A program made the position numbers and the translations under genes. A stretch of DNA of 64,000 nucleotides, taken from positions 83,775 to 147,774 of the forward strand of contig CALGSW010000010.1 of the NCBI GenBank assembly GCA_937901965.1, read 5' to 3'. Below, in pieces: positions 1 to 10,423 of the stretch. The notes under the pieces are model-generated. The model made no database searches and had not been told where the DNA came from. It saw only the letters and a program-made list of their open reading frames with translations. How positions within the stretch are numbered: the first letter of the stretch is position 1; each line of letters begins with the position of its first letter. The DNA is from an uncultured Bacteroidota bacterium (lineage in GTDB: Bacteria > Bacteroidota > Bacteroidia > Bacteroidales > UBA932).

Positions 1-1180
1 AAATTTGATTATCTGCTCCATGAACGAAGGGGTATTTCCGGCAAGAAATTTTAACACTTCATTTATTCCTGTAAATTTAAGAAGGGCATTCTCACTTCCA
101 GACAATGAATATGCCGACGCTGTCTCTTCGTATAATTTTTACAGAACAATTTACAGGGCTAAACGTGTTTGGTTATTACACGATACAAGGAGCGAGGGAC
201 TTCTGAGTGGTGAGCAAAGCAGATTTATCCTTCAGTTAAAATATCACTATCGGTTACCTCTGATTGAAAAGGTATCATCCGGAGTTGTTACAAGAAAAGT
301 AAAAAAGAGGATAATTATTGAAAAGAGTACAAGAATAATTAAACAACTCAACTCTTTTGTCAATGGGGAGAGAAGCTTTTCTGCATCATCATTATCTACT
401 TACATCACATGTCCGCTTAAATTTTATTTTTCACAAATTGAGGATGTTAAAGAGGAGGATGAATTGACTGAATCTGTTGAGGCTAAAACGTTTGGTACCA
501 TTTTGCACAATTCAATGGCAATTCTCTATAAAGACTTTGAGGGGAAGATTGTAACAGCAGATGATATTAAGCAAAAGATAGCCGGGAGTTCTTCTATCAG
601 ATCGCTAATTGACTCAGAGTTCAAAAAAGAAAAAGGCATTAATGAGATTAAGGGTTACAACTATATTATTTGCGGCTTAATAGAAAGATATATTCAAAAA
701 ATTCTGCAATATGATTTGTCACTAACTTCATTCAAATACATTGAATCTGAAAAGAGAGTCAATAATGTAATTAAATTGAAAGATGGTAATAATGCCTATC
801 TGAAAGCATTTATTGACAGGATGGACAGACAGGAAGGGGTGCTGAGAATTGTGGATTACAAGACAGGAGGGAGCCCGGACAGTATGGAGTCTATTGCATC
901 TCTTTTTGAACCCAACTCAAACAAAAAGACATCTGTATTTTTTCAACTATTTCTTTATGCTTCTATGGTTGCACCCGAAGAGAACACAATACTCTCTCCA
1001 TATTTCTTGCGGGAATTGGGAAGTAAATATGATAAATCATCAGGTTCTGCAGAGGTTTCAGAGTTCAGGGAACTTCTAACAGAAAAAATATCAGAAATAC
1101 TAAGTCCAAGTATACCTTTTGTACAGACAGAGAATCTTAAGAGTTGTGAATATTGTCCGTTTAAACAAATATGCAGATAA
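1..1180 (+). CDS. addB: AddB-like PD-(D/E)XK nuclease subunit (5' partial)
   Basis: C-terminal RecB-family nuclease motifs (FIDRMD...IVDYKTG); four Cys (TCPLKF and CEYCPFKQIC) typical of the AddB Fe-S staple; directly upstream of AddA. The frame is open to the left window edge. Confidence 0.85.
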   Translation, partial: NLIICSMNEGVFPARNFNTSFIPVNLRRAFSLPDNEYADAVSSYNFYRTIYRAKRVWLLHDTRSEGLLSGEQSRFILQLKYHYRLPLIEKVSSGVVTRKVKKRIIIEKSTRIIKQLNSFVNGERSFSASSLSTYITCPLKFYFSQIEDVKEEDELTESVEAKTFGTILHNSMAILYKDFEGKIVTADDIKQKIAGSSSIRSLIDSEFKKEKGINEIKGYNYIICGLIERYIQKILQYDLSLTSFKYIESEKRVNNVIKLKDGNNAYLKAFIDRMDRQEGVLRIVDYKTGGSPDSMESIASLFEPNSNKKTSVFFQLFLYASMVAPEENTILSPYFLRELGSKYDKSSGSAEVSEFRELLTEKISEILSPSIPFVQTENLKSCEYCPFKQICR

Positions 1181-1181
1181 G

Positions 1182-4175
1182 ATGGGAGAGATAAAGATAT
1201 ACAGAGCATCTGCAGGTTCAGGTAAAACACACAGGCTTACTCAGGAATATCTGAGACTCCTGAGGGGTGACGACAGGGCATACAGAAAAATTCTTGCGGT
1301 CACATTTACAAATAAAGCAACAGAAGAGATGAAGAGGAGGGTCATTGAATATCTTTTTACAGAAGCAACAAAAGGGGACCATTCGGCTGATATGCTTCTT
1401 AAAAATATATTGCATGATTATTCGTCTTTTAATATAAGTACAATTGATAAGTTTTTCCAGCAAACGTTAAGAGCCTTTGCTCGTGAAATAGGAAAAAACA
1501 CATCCTATGGAGTAGAACTGAATAGTGACATGATTCTTATTCAAGCTATTGACAGAATTCTTTATAATCTTGACAACGAAGAAAACAGGAGACTTATTGA
1601 ATGGATTATGGAGCTCTCCGTGCAAAGAATTGATTCAGGGAAAAGCTGGGATGTTAAATCTACAATAATTAGCTCTGCTTCTCAACTTTTTAAAGAGGCA
1701 TTTAAATCAGCGGTTAAAGGGGAGGGAACAAACTTTCTTGACAAGGAGATAATTGCAGATTACTCATCTGTGTTAAGAGATATTTCCAGGAGGTATGAAG
1801 ATCAGTTAAGAGAATTTGCATTGGCCGGATCTAGTATTCTTAAACAATCAAATTTAAGAGCCGATGATTTCAATGGGAAGGGAAGATCATTTGCACATAG
1901 ATTTAAAAAAATACTTAATGGTGATTATTCTGCATCAAAATCTGCATTTTACAAGGCTGCAGAGGGATTTGATGCCTGGTTTACCAAAAGTAACCTTAAA
2001 GATTATCCGGAATTATCTGCTAAGGGAAGATTAGCTGAAAGGTTGAAATTAGGGGAGTTAATAAATAATATTATTGAATTTGAAGAGAGTAGTTACAGAG
2101 ATTATTCAACAGCATGTGTTATCATTGATAATCTTTACGCACTAGGACTCTTAACAGATGTTCAGGAGAGTGTTAACGCTGTCACAGCAGAAAATGGGGT
2201 CATGCTCATATCTGAAACATCAGAGCTTTTAAATTCAATAATAGATGGCAGTGATACTCCCTTTATATTTGAAAAGATTGGTTCAAGAACAGACCATTTT
2301 ATGCTTGATGAGTTTCAGGATACCTCTCTGATGCAGTGGGAGAACTTTAGACCCTTGCTGTTAAACAGTTTGTCGTCCGGATTTACGAACTTAATTGTTG
2401 GTGATGAAAAGCAGAGTATATACAGATTCAGGGGCTCAGACTGGACCTTATTGAATAAGGGTGTTTTTAATGACTTTAGGGAGGATGAGATTAGTTATTC
2501 ATCTTTAACTGAGAACTGGAGATCAGGAAAAGAGATTATTGAGTTTATCAATGAGTTCTTCCCTTTTGCTGCAAAATCATGTGATAAACTCCTGGAAATA
2601 GAATTTGCTGAAGAAGAGAGCGTTGCTTCAATCTACTCCTCGGTTGAACAAAGGCAGCCAAAATCCCGTGAAAACAGGAAAGGCTATGTAGAGATCAAGT
2701 TAATTTCAAATCAGATTGATGAACCGGTTGATGCAGCACTTTCATTTGTCAGGGAATCTGTTGAATCAGTAGTGAAATGTGGCGGAAGATTAAGTGATAT
2801 TGCAGTTTTGGTTAGAAAGAATACCGAAGGATCTTTAGTTGCAGAATATCTGATTGATTCAGGTTATAAAGTAATTTCAGGTGACTCACTTTTTTTGTCG
2901 TCAGCATCATCGGTCTCAGCAATAGTGTCTCAGCTAAAGTATTTTAGTAATCCGTCAGATGCAGTCAATAATATATATGCAAAATTTTCCGGATTTGATT
3001 TAGATGTGGTAAACAGTCTGTCATATTTGCCATTATATGAAATGTGTGAAAGCCTTGCCGAATTGCTGCCCGTAGAGATTAAAATCTCTGAATCTGCATA
3101 TATAATCTCATTTATTGACCAGGTAAAAGACTATATTAAAACAAACCGGGCAGATATTGCCTCCTTCCTTGAATGGTGGAATACAAATTCAGCCAAATTA
3201 ACTGTCCCGGCACCTGAGGGGGATGAAGCTGTAAGAGTAATTACCATCCATAAATCAAAAGGATTGGGATTTTCAACAGTTATTGTGCCATTCACTGATT
3301 TTGAGTTCAAAGGTAAGTCTGATATTATCTGGTGTAAACCCAACCTTGAACCGTTTAACAAATTGTCGATAGTACCTGTTTTGAAAAGTGAAAAGCTTGC
3401 CGACACTCATTTCTTTGACGATCTTAAACGTGAAGATTTTCTAAGGGTAGTTGATAATATGAATTTAGCCTACGTGTCATTTACCAGGGCAAAAGATAAC
3501 ATGTATATATGCGTGAAGGAGCCATCCGGATCTGCAAAAAAAGTTAAGGGAGTTGGAGATATTCTCTACTCTTTTTATTCACAAAGAGCTTCTGGTAGCG
3601 ACAAAGTTGTCATCGGCAGATCTGTCATCATTCCTGAAACAGAGAGTAAATTGGCAAATATTAAATTAATGCCACTATTCAAATCTAACTATAACTCTGA
3701 AAATCTGAAGCTAACTTTAAGATCCGAAGAGTTTTTTAACAAAGAGGAGATTTCAAGGGCAAGAGGAGTAACTATTCACTCAATACTGTCTCAAGTTATT
3801 AGTGAAAATGACATAGAATTTGCTGTAAAGCAGGCAGTATCATCAGGAGAGCTAGAGAGATCTGAGGAAAAAGCCATGATTAAGTTTTTATCAGAACTGA
3901 TTAAATCTGTAGAAATATATGGTTGGTTTAATTCTGAATCTGTAATTATGAATGAGCCGGAAATAATCTTGCCCGGAGGGAAAATTTTCAGACCGGACAG
4001 AGTATTGATTTCAGAAGAAGTTACATTAGTAGATTTTAAAACCGGAAAATTCAAATCAACATCGCATTATACTCAAATGAAAAAGTATTCTGAGTCTTTA
4101 CGGCTAATAACAAATAGAAAAATCCGTCCATTTTTGTGGTATCTTGATATGGGAGAGGTTGAGGAGGTTATTTAG
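1182..4175 (+). CDS. addA: AddA/RecB-like UvrD helicase-nuclease
   Basis: Walker A ASAGSGKT, LAVTFTNKAT, Walker B LDEFQD, VGDEKQSIYRFRG, TIHKSKGL, YVSFTRA, and a C-terminal nuclease (RPDRV...VDFKTG). Start moved to the ATG at 1182, 1 nt after the addB stop. Confidence 0.92.
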   Translation: MGEIKIYRASAGSGKTHRLTQEYLRLLRGDDRAYRKILAVTFTNKATEEMKRRVIEYLFTEATKGDHSADMLLKNILHDYSSFNISTIDKFFQQTLRAFAREIGKNTSYGVELNSDMILIQAIDRILYNLDNEENRRLIEWIMELSVQRIDSGKSWDVKSTIISSASQLFKEAFKSAVKGEGTNFLDKEIIADYSSVLRDISRRYEDQLREFALAGSSILKQSNLRADDFNGKGRSFAHRFKKILNGDYSASKSAFYKAAEGFDAWFTKSNLKDYPELSAKGRLAERLKLGELINNIIEFEESSYRDYSTACVIIDNLYALGLLTDVQESVNAVTAENGVMLISETSELLNSIIDGSDTPFIFEKIGSRTDHFMLDEFQDTSLMQWENFRPLLLNSLSSGFTNLIVGDEKQSIYRFRGSDWTLLNKGVFNDFREDEISYSSLTENWRSGKEIIEFINEFFPFAAKSCDKLLEIEFAEEESVASIYSSVEQRQPKSRENRKGYVEIKLISNQIDEPVDAALSFVRESVESVVKCGGRLSDIAVLVRKNTEGSLVAEYLIDSGYKVISGDSLFLSSASSVSAIVSQLKYFSNPSDAVNNIYAKFSGFDLDVVNSLSYLPLYEMCESLAELLPVEIKISESAYIISFIDQVKDYIKTNRADIASFLEWWNTNSAKLTVPAPEGDEAVRVITIHKSKGLGFSTVIVPFTDFEFKGKSDIIWCKPNLEPFNKLSIVPVLKSEKLADTHFFDDLKREDFLRVVDNMNLAYVSFTRAKDNMYICVKEPSGSAKKVKGVGDILYSFYSQRASGSDKVVIGRSVIIPETESKLANIKLMPLFKSNYNSENLKLTLRSEEFFNKEEISRARGVTIHSILSQVISENDIEFAVKQAVSSGELERSEEKAMIKFLSELIKSVEIYGWFNSESVIMNEPEIILPGGKIFRPDRVLISEEVTLVDFKTGKFKSTSHYTQMKKYSESLRLITNRKIRPFLWYLDMGEVEEVI

Positions 4176-5070
4176 TCAAGATAATGTTTATCAACTCTTC
4201 TGCGCTTTTAATGTCTCCGTCTTTCATAAGAACTTTTTTATCTTTATCAAGTATATATACAGAGGGTGACGCTCTGCGATCATAGAGTCTTTTAACAGTA
4301 ATAGTATTATTCAAATCTTGACCTACTTTCCAGCCAGCCGGAAAACTATGTGCCACCTTTTCATATGATGAGATATCCTGACCTGTATATATTGCAATAA
4401 TTTGATATCTGTCTTTGAAAATGTTTATAGCTTGAGAGTTATTTGCATAATTTATTGACTCTTTACATACGCTGCAATCTGGTTCAAAAAAGAAAATTAA
4501 TGTATAATCTGATAATATTGAATGGAGGGATTGTACTGGTCCGTTGTAAAAAACAATTTGAAAATCTTCAGCTAAATCGCCAATTCTATTTTTAATGAGG
4601 AGATCTCTGTCCCATAAAAGCTTATTCTTTGCAGGATTACTTTCATCTAGGTTTTTTATATATACTTCAATCACAGATATATATAGTTTTTCTTGTCTCA
4701 TAGGAGAATTTGGATGATCAAGACTCTCTTCAAAAAGAGATAAAAAAGATTCAGAGATATCTTTTGAAGAATTTGAGGTTTTTTCAGCCAGCTCAGATAA
4801 TCTATCCTGGGCTTTTGATAATCCAAGTCCGTTAATAACAGATAGATACTCGTAATAAGGCTGTCTTAAATCTTTTTCATTTATGTTTATAGTAGAGTCA
4901 TTCCAAGGCATGCTATCCCAGAAATGATGTGACAAATACTCCCTCTGTTCCGCTTTGTCCTGAATAACAGATGGAATATGGACATGTTCAAAAACAAATC
5001 TGGTCTCATCTGTTTTACACCCTGTAGTAAGTATAAATAGTGAAACAATAATCAGCAGGCCTTTTTTCAT
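4168..5070 (-). CDS. Lipoprotein with a thioredoxin-like C-terminal domain (DUF5106/AhpC-TSA-like)
   Basis: Lipobox ILTTGC; HFWD motif; FFFEPDCSVC (CxxC); SPSVYILDKDKKV thioredoxin-fold tail. Confidence 0.7.
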   Translation of the reverse strand: MKKGLLIIVSLFILTTGCKTDETRFVFEHVHIPSVIQDKAEQREYLSHHFWDSMPWNDSTININEKDLRQPYYEYLSVINGLGLSKAQDRLSELAEKTSNSSKDISESFLSLFEESLDHPNSPMRQEKLYISVIEVYIKNLDESNPAKNKLLWDRDLLIKNRIGDLAEDFQIVFYNGPVQSLHSILSDYTLIFFFEPDCSVCKESINYANNSQAINIFKDRYQIIAIYTGQDISSYEKVAHSFPAGWKVGQDLNNTITVKRLYDRRASPSVYILDKDKKVLMKDGDIKSAEELINIILTK

Positions 5071-5147
5071 AGATCCGGTTATAATAAACTTGTTGTTATA
5101 AAGTTTGTTTATGACTATATTTATGCAAATGTAGACAAATTAAAAAA

Positions 5148-6590
5148 ATGGAAAAATCAGATATAGGATTGATAGGTCTTGCGGTAATGGGAGAGAATCT
5201 CGTGCTGAATATGGAGAGTAAAGGATTCAGGGTATCTGTTTACAACAGAACCTTTGATGTAACACAGAAATTCATTAAAGGAAGGGCCTCCGGTAAGCAA
5301 ATTATGGGGTATGAAAATATCCAGGACATGGTTTATTCTCTTAAATCACCAAGGAAGATAATGTTGATGGTAAGAGCAGGAGCAGTTGTTGATACTGTTA
5401 TTGAGCAAGTTATTCCATATATGGATTCCGGAGATATTATAATTGACGGGGGAAATTCTCACTATCTTGATAGTGAGAGAAGAGAGAGTTATCTTTCCTC
5501 AAAGGGTATTCTGTTTATTGGAACGGGTGTCTCAGGAGGTGAGGAGGGGGCGTTAAAGGGGCCATCAATTATGCCGGGAGGTTCAACAGAAGCTTGGCCT
5601 TTAGTTCAGCCGATACTCAGCTCGGTTTCAGCAGTTGCAGAAGATGGAGAGGCTTGTTGCGCCTGGACAGGAAAGGGGGGAGCCGGCCATTTTGTAAAAA
5701 TGGTTCACAACGGAATTGAATATGCAGATATGCAGCTGATTTCAGAGGCATACTCTTTCATGAAGAGTGTAATGGAAATGGATAATGAGGAGATATCAGC
5801 CACTTTCAGTGAGTGGAACAAAGGAAAACTCAAAAGTTACCTTATTGAGATAACAGCTAAAATCATTAACCATAAAGATTCAGATGGCAGTTATCTTTTG
5901 GATAATATTCTGGATGCGGCCGGACAGAAGGGAACTGGAAAATGGAGTGTTGAAAGTGCAATGGAATATGGAATCCCTTTAAATTTAATAGCTACTTCAG
6001 TATTTGAGAGATCACTCTCTGCTATGAAGGAAAAAAGAGAACTTGCATCTTCACTATTTCCCGGAAAAGTAAATCCAATAGATAGACCTCACCTGGATGA
6101 CGTAAGAGACGCACTGTTTGCTTCTAAATTAATTTCTTACACTCAGGGATTTGAGCTGATGCAAAGTGTCTCAGATGAGAAGGGATGGAGTCTGAATCTA
6201 TCTTCAATTGCGAAAATATGGAGAAACGGATGTATAATAAGATCCTCTTTTTTGAATAACATTGCAGATTCATACTTGAAGAATCCAAATCTTAAAACAC
6301 CGCTTTTCTCAGAGTATTTTATTAATGAAATAAAAATCTCCATGGAAGGGTGGAAAACAGTTGTTGCTAAAGCTGCAATATCCGGTATACCTCTTCCTGC
6401 ATTTAGCAGTGCATTAAACTATTATTACTCATACACATCAAAGAAATTGCCTGCAAACCTTATACAAGCTCAGAGAGATTTTTTTGGAGCCCATACATTT
6501 GAACGGACAGATTATCCACGAGGTCAATTTTTTCATGAAAACTGGACCGGAGAGGGAGGAGAGACAAAATCCGGAGTTTACACCGTTTAA
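5148..6590 (+). CDS. gnd: 6-phosphogluconate dehydrogenase, decarboxylating
   Basis: IGLIGLAVMG, IDGGNS, KMVHNGIEY, QAQRDFFGAHTFER. Confidence 0.98.
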   Translation: MEKSDIGLIGLAVMGENLVLNMESKGFRVSVYNRTFDVTQKFIKGRASGKQIMGYENIQDMVYSLKSPRKIMLMVRAGAVVDTVIEQVIPYMDSGDIIIDGGNSHYLDSERRESYLSSKGILFIGTGVSGGEEGALKGPSIMPGGSTEAWPLVQPILSSVSAVAEDGEACCAWTGKGGAGHFVKMVHNGIEYADMQLISEAYSFMKSVMEMDNEEISATFSEWNKGKLKSYLIEITAKIINHKDSDGSYLLDNILDAAGQKGTGKWSVESAMEYGIPLNLIATSVFERSLSAMKEKRELASSLFPGKVNPIDRPHLDDVRDALFASKLISYTQGFELMQSVSDEKGWSLNLSSIAKIWRNGCIIRSSFLNNIADSYLKNPNLKTPLFSEYFINEIKISMEGWKTVVAKAAISGIPLPAFSSALNYYYSYTSKKLPANLIQAQRDFFGAHTFERTDYPRGQFFHENWTGEGGETKSGVYTV

Positions 6591-6593
6591 TGT

Positions 6594-8102
6594 ATGCAAA
6601 AAATGAAAAGCAAAACCATGGTTATTTTTGGAGGATCAGGAGATCTTGCAAAAAGGAAATTGATTCCTGCGCTGTACATGCTCCATAAAAAATCATCACT
6701 TGACCCTGACTTTACTATTGTTGCAACGGGCAGAACCTCAATTTCGGTTAATGAATACAGAATCAGAGCAAATGAAGCATTGAACAGGTATCTTAATGCT
6801 TATGATATTGATGATTCTCAGGTCTCTTCTTTCCTTAGTCGTTTAAATTACTTTATCTCTGATCCAGAAAAGCTTTCTGACACAATTCAGTTAGGTGATT
6901 TTATAAAGAGCATCAGTGAAAATAAGCATAATGTACTTTACTACCTGGCAACTCCTCCGTCATTATACGGTGTAATACCTGCCAATCTTAAAGCTGCCGG
7001 GTTAATCTCATCAGAAAGCAGAATAATTGTTGAAAAGCCCTTTGGTTATGACCTCTCTTCGGCAAAGAGAATGAATGATCAATTAAGAGAGGTATTTGAA
7101 GAGAAACAGATATTCAGGATTGATCACTTTCTTGGCAAAGAGACAGTTCAGAATATACTTGCACTGCGGTTTGCAAATGGAATATTTGAACCTTTGTGGA
7201 ATAGAAATTATATTGAGAGAGTGGAGATTACAGCCGTTGAGAACATGGGCGTTGAAAACAGAGGAGGATTCTATGATAATACTGGAGCATTGAGAGATAT
7301 GGTTCAGAATCATCTTATACAGCTTCTTGCATTAGTTGCAATGGAACCGCCCATTGCGTTTAACGAGAAAGAATTCAGGAATGAGGTTGTAAAGGTGTAC
7401 AGATCTTTGAGACCTCTTACAGAAGATGAAATATGCCATAATGTAGTAAGGGGACAGTATATTGAATCTCATTTCTCCGGAGGTAAGAGGGTCGCCCCAT
7501 ACAGGGAGGAGAAAAATATAAATCCAGCATCTATGACAGAGACTTTTCTGGCCATGAAGGTAAATATATCTAACTGGAGATGGGAGGGTGTCCCTTTTTA
7601 TATAAGAACCGGAAAACAAATGCCTACTAAGGTTACAGAGATTGTAATTCATTTCAGGCAGACACCTCACAGTCTATTTAGTAGCAGAGACAATCAACCG
7701 GCGCAGAATCAGTTGATAATTAGGCTGCAACCTAATGAAGGTGCCGTTCTGAAATTTGATGTTAAAATTCCCGGGTCAGGTTTTGAAATTAAACAGGTTC
7801 CTATGGAATTCACTTACGATAAATTGGGGGGAGTTCAATCTGGTGATGCATATTCAAGACTTATTGAAGATTGCTTAAATGGTGAATCTGTTCTGTTTAC
7901 GAGAAGTGATGCAGTAGAAGCTAGTTGGTCATATTTTGATCCAATTTTAAGTTATTGGAAAACAAATGAAAAAGTTCCTCTCTATGGCTACCCAGCCGGA
8001 ACGTGGGGACCAGTTGAGAGCGATAAAATAATTGAAAATCAAAAAAAATGGATTAATCCATGCAAGAACCTTACAGACACAGATAAGTATTGCGAATTAT
8101 GA
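6594..8102 (+). CDS. zwf: Glucose-6-phosphate 1-dehydrogenase
   Basis: IFGGSGDLAKRKL, RIDHFLGKE, RDMVQNHL, WEGVPFYIRTGK. Confidence 0.98.
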   Translation: MQKMKSKTMVIFGGSGDLAKRKLIPALYMLHKKSSLDPDFTIVATGRTSISVNEYRIRANEALNRYLNAYDIDDSQVSSFLSRLNYFISDPEKLSDTIQLGDFIKSISENKHNVLYYLATPPSLYGVIPANLKAAGLISSESRIIVEKPFGYDLSSAKRMNDQLREVFEEKQIFRIDHFLGKETVQNILALRFANGIFEPLWNRNYIERVEITAVENMGVENRGGFYDNTGALRDMVQNHLIQLLALVAMEPPIAFNEKEFRNEVVKVYRSLRPLTEDEICHNVVRGQYIESHFSGGKRVAPYREEKNINPASMTETFLAMKVNISNWRWEGVPFYIRTGKQMPTKVTEIVIHFRQTPHSLFSSRDNQPAQNQLIIRLQPNEGAVLKFDVKIPGSGFEIKQVPMEFTYDKLGGVQSGDAYSRLIEDCLNGESVLFTRSDAVEASWSYFDPILSYWKTNEKVPLYGYPAGTWGPVESDKIIENQKKWINPCKNLTDTDKYCEL

Positions 8103-8809
8103 AAACTCCTTCTCAACTGCTAACGGAACGAATAATTGCAATTCATTCAAAATTTAATGTTGAAAACAGAATGAATCTAGCAATTTCCGGTGGAAGTTCA
8201 CCTGACACATTGTTTAACCTTTGGAGTGGAGCGTACTCACAGTTAATTGACTGGAGGGCTATTAATATTTATTGGGTAGATGAGAGATGCGTACCTCCAG
8301 ACCATCCTGAAAGCAATTATGGCAGAGCTTTTTCCAAATTTTTAAGTAAACTGTCTATCCCTGAAAACAATATTTTCAGGATAAAGGGTGAAATAAGCAA
8401 TCTTGATGCGGCTAAAGAATATAATGAAATTATCAGAACCAAACTTGGAGACAAGGGATTTGATATTGTAATACTTGGAGTTGGTGAAGATGGTCATACA
8501 TCTTCAGTATTTCCTGGTCAGACCCAGTTGTATTATTCGGATTATTTTTATATGCCGTCCTTTAACCCCAAAACAGGTCAAAAAAGAATCTCTCTTACAC
8601 TTTCAGGCATTTTAAAGTCAGGAGAGATAGTTTTTTATCTTGAAGGACCATCAAAATTTGGGATTATTAAAGAGATATCAATGAATAGATCCTCAGATAG
8701 TTTCTTACCTGCTGAATTTATTATTAAAAAGGCAGCAAAAACCTGGATTTATTGGGACAATTCTCCATCTCTTGCCAATATTAATATAAATTCTATATTT
8801 GTGATATAG
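8099..8809 (+). CDS. pgl: 6-phosphogluconolactonase
   Basis: AISGGSSP, YWVDERCVPPDHPESNYG, LGVGEDGHTSSVFP, RISLT. The ATG at 8099 overlaps the zwf stop. Confidence 0.95.
   Translation: MKTPSQLLTERIIAIHSKFNVENRMNLAISGGSSPDTLFNLWSGAYSQLIDWRAINIYWVDERCVPPDHPESNYGRAFSKFLSKLSIPENNIFRIKGEISNLDAAKEYNEIIRTKLGDKGFDIVILGVGEDGHTSSVFPGQTQLYYSDYFYMPSFNPKTGQKRISLTLSGILKSGEIVFYLEGPSKFGIIKEISMNRSSDSFLPAEFIIKKAAKTWIYWDNSPSLANININSIFVI
8794..8801 (+). promoter_or_regulatory. Bacteroidota -7 promoter box, inside the 3' end of pgl, for the kinase gene
   Basis: TATATTTG matches TAnnTTTG and ends 11 nt before the ATG at 8813. Confidence 0.5.
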
Positions 8810-8812
8810 ATT

Positions 8813-10423
8813 ATGGAAAACGATAATATCATAATTTCAAACAATTTTGGATGTGATGCAGAGACATTTGAAACTCTGATAGGTGTCCTGCCCGGTTTTG
8901 TGTACAGATGCAAAAATGATGCAGACTGGACTATGCTCTATATCAGCAGCCAGTGTTCAGATATTACCGGCTATTCACCGAATGATATTATCTACAATAA
9001 TAAAATATCTTTTAACGAAATTATTTCACAAGAATACAGAATTTATCTTCATGAAAGATGGCATGGTATATTGAAGATAAGAGGAGTTTTGAAAGAGGAG
9101 TACAAGATTACTACAAAAGATGGAAAAGTTAAGTGGGTGCTTGAACAGGGAAGGGGTGTATTTGATTCTGACGGTAATTTAAAATATTTGGACGGATATA
9201 TTACTGATATAACTTCGCGTAAAGAGGCAGAAGACAGACTTGTACAGAAGAATATTGAACTTCACCTGGCAAAGGAGAGGGCAGAAGAGAGTGAGAAACT
9301 GAAAACTGCTTTTCTTGCTAACCTCTCTCATGAAATAAGAACTCCCATGAATGCTATAATGGGATTTGCAGAGATGCTTAAAGAGAATGATCTTGAAATA
9401 AATCAGCGAGATAGTTTTATTGATATTATAAACAGAAGCGGCACTCATTTACTATCAATTATCAACGATATAATTGAAATGTCAAAAATTGAGTCAAAAC
9501 TTATAACACCAAATTATGAAGAGGTTGATATTGATCTCTTGTTAGATGTTGTATATAAGACAATGCTCGCAACAATAACTAATGATAAAAAGTTAGACTT
9601 AAGATATTTGTCTTCAGACAAACAACTTGAATACAAAATTAGCACAGACCCGGTTAAGTTAAGACAGATTATATCAAATCTTATATCAAATTCAATTAAA
9701 TACACAGATGATGGTTATGTTGAATTCTGGTATGAAATATCAGAATCAGACAAAGAAAAGGATATTGTTTTCTATGTAAAGGACACTGGTATTGGAATTG
9801 ATAAAGCACATCAGGATGAGATATTTGAAAGATTCAGAAGAATTGACAGTGATAAACAAACTATAGGAAGAGGCGGCTCCGGATTGGGGCTGGCTATATC
9901 AAAAGCCTATGTTGAGATGTTGGGAGGGGATATTGAAGTTGAATCAGAATATGGAAAAGGTTCTCTGTTTAAGTTTTCAATACCACTTATAATTTGTGCT
10001 AAAAATAAGAAAGCTAAGGATACAGAACTATTAGAAAAAGGATTTGAGATGAATAATCAAATGAGAATTCTGGTAGCTGAGGATGAGGACACGAATTATT
10101 TATACCTCTCAGCGCTGCTCTCCAAGTGCCATCACACTGTTCTGAGAGCTGTAAACGGACAAGAGGCTGTTGAGATTGTTAAGGAAGATAACAATCTGGA
10201 CCTTGTTCTTATGGATATAAAAATGCCTATACTAAATGGATATGATGCGCTTAGACTTATTAAAAAGTTAAAGCCCGCACTTCCAGTCGTAGCTCAGACT
10301 GCGTATGCTTTATCTGATGATGAACAAAATATTCGTGCAGCCGGTTTTGACGGCTATATCGCAAAGCCAATTATGAAAAATAAACTTGTATCAATACTGG
10401 AATCAATTACCAAACACTTATGA
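8813..10423 (+). CDS. Cytoplasmic PAS-domain hybrid histidine kinase/receiver
   Basis: PAS_3-like domain (PGFVYRCKND...WVLEQG), H-box SHEIRTPMN, N/G boxes (NSIKYT, DTGIGI, GSGLGLAI) and C-terminal REC (DLVLMDIKMP). No TM segment. Confidence 0.92.
   Translation: MENDNIIISNNFGCDAETFETLIGVLPGFVYRCKNDADWTMLYISSQCSDITGYSPNDIIYNNKISFNEIISQEYRIYLHERWHGILKIRGVLKEEYKITTKDGKVKWVLEQGRGVFDSDGNLKYLDGYITDITSRKEAEDRLVQKNIELHLAKERAEESEKLKTAFLANLSHEIRTPMNAIMGFAEMLKENDLEINQRDSFIDIINRSGTHLLSIINDIIEMSKIESKLITPNYEEVDIDLLLDVVYKTMLATITNDKKLDLRYLSSDKQLEYKISTDPVKLRQIISNLISNSIKYTDDGYVEFWYEISESDKEKDIVFYVKDTGIGIDKAHQDEIFERFRRIDSDKQTIGRGGSGLGLAISKAYVEMLGGDIEVESEYGKGSLFKFSIPLIICAKNKKAKDTELLEKGFEMNNQMRILVAEDEDTNYLYLSALLSKCHHTVLRAVNGQEAVEIVKEDNNLDLVLMDIKMPILNGYDALRLIKKLKPALPVVAQTAYALSDDEQNIRAAGFDGYIAKPIMKNKLVSILESITKHL

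Noticed and set aside
1119-1181. N-terminal extension of addA in the ORF track
   Set aside because: It overlaps the addB end. The ATG at 1182 gives the typical start just before Walker A.
5077-5112. GTTATAAAG half-site matching the 24792 palindrome, with a weak AAACTT/AAGTTT repeat upstream of gnd
   Set aside because: Only one arm matches, and in AT-rich DNA this is expected by chance.
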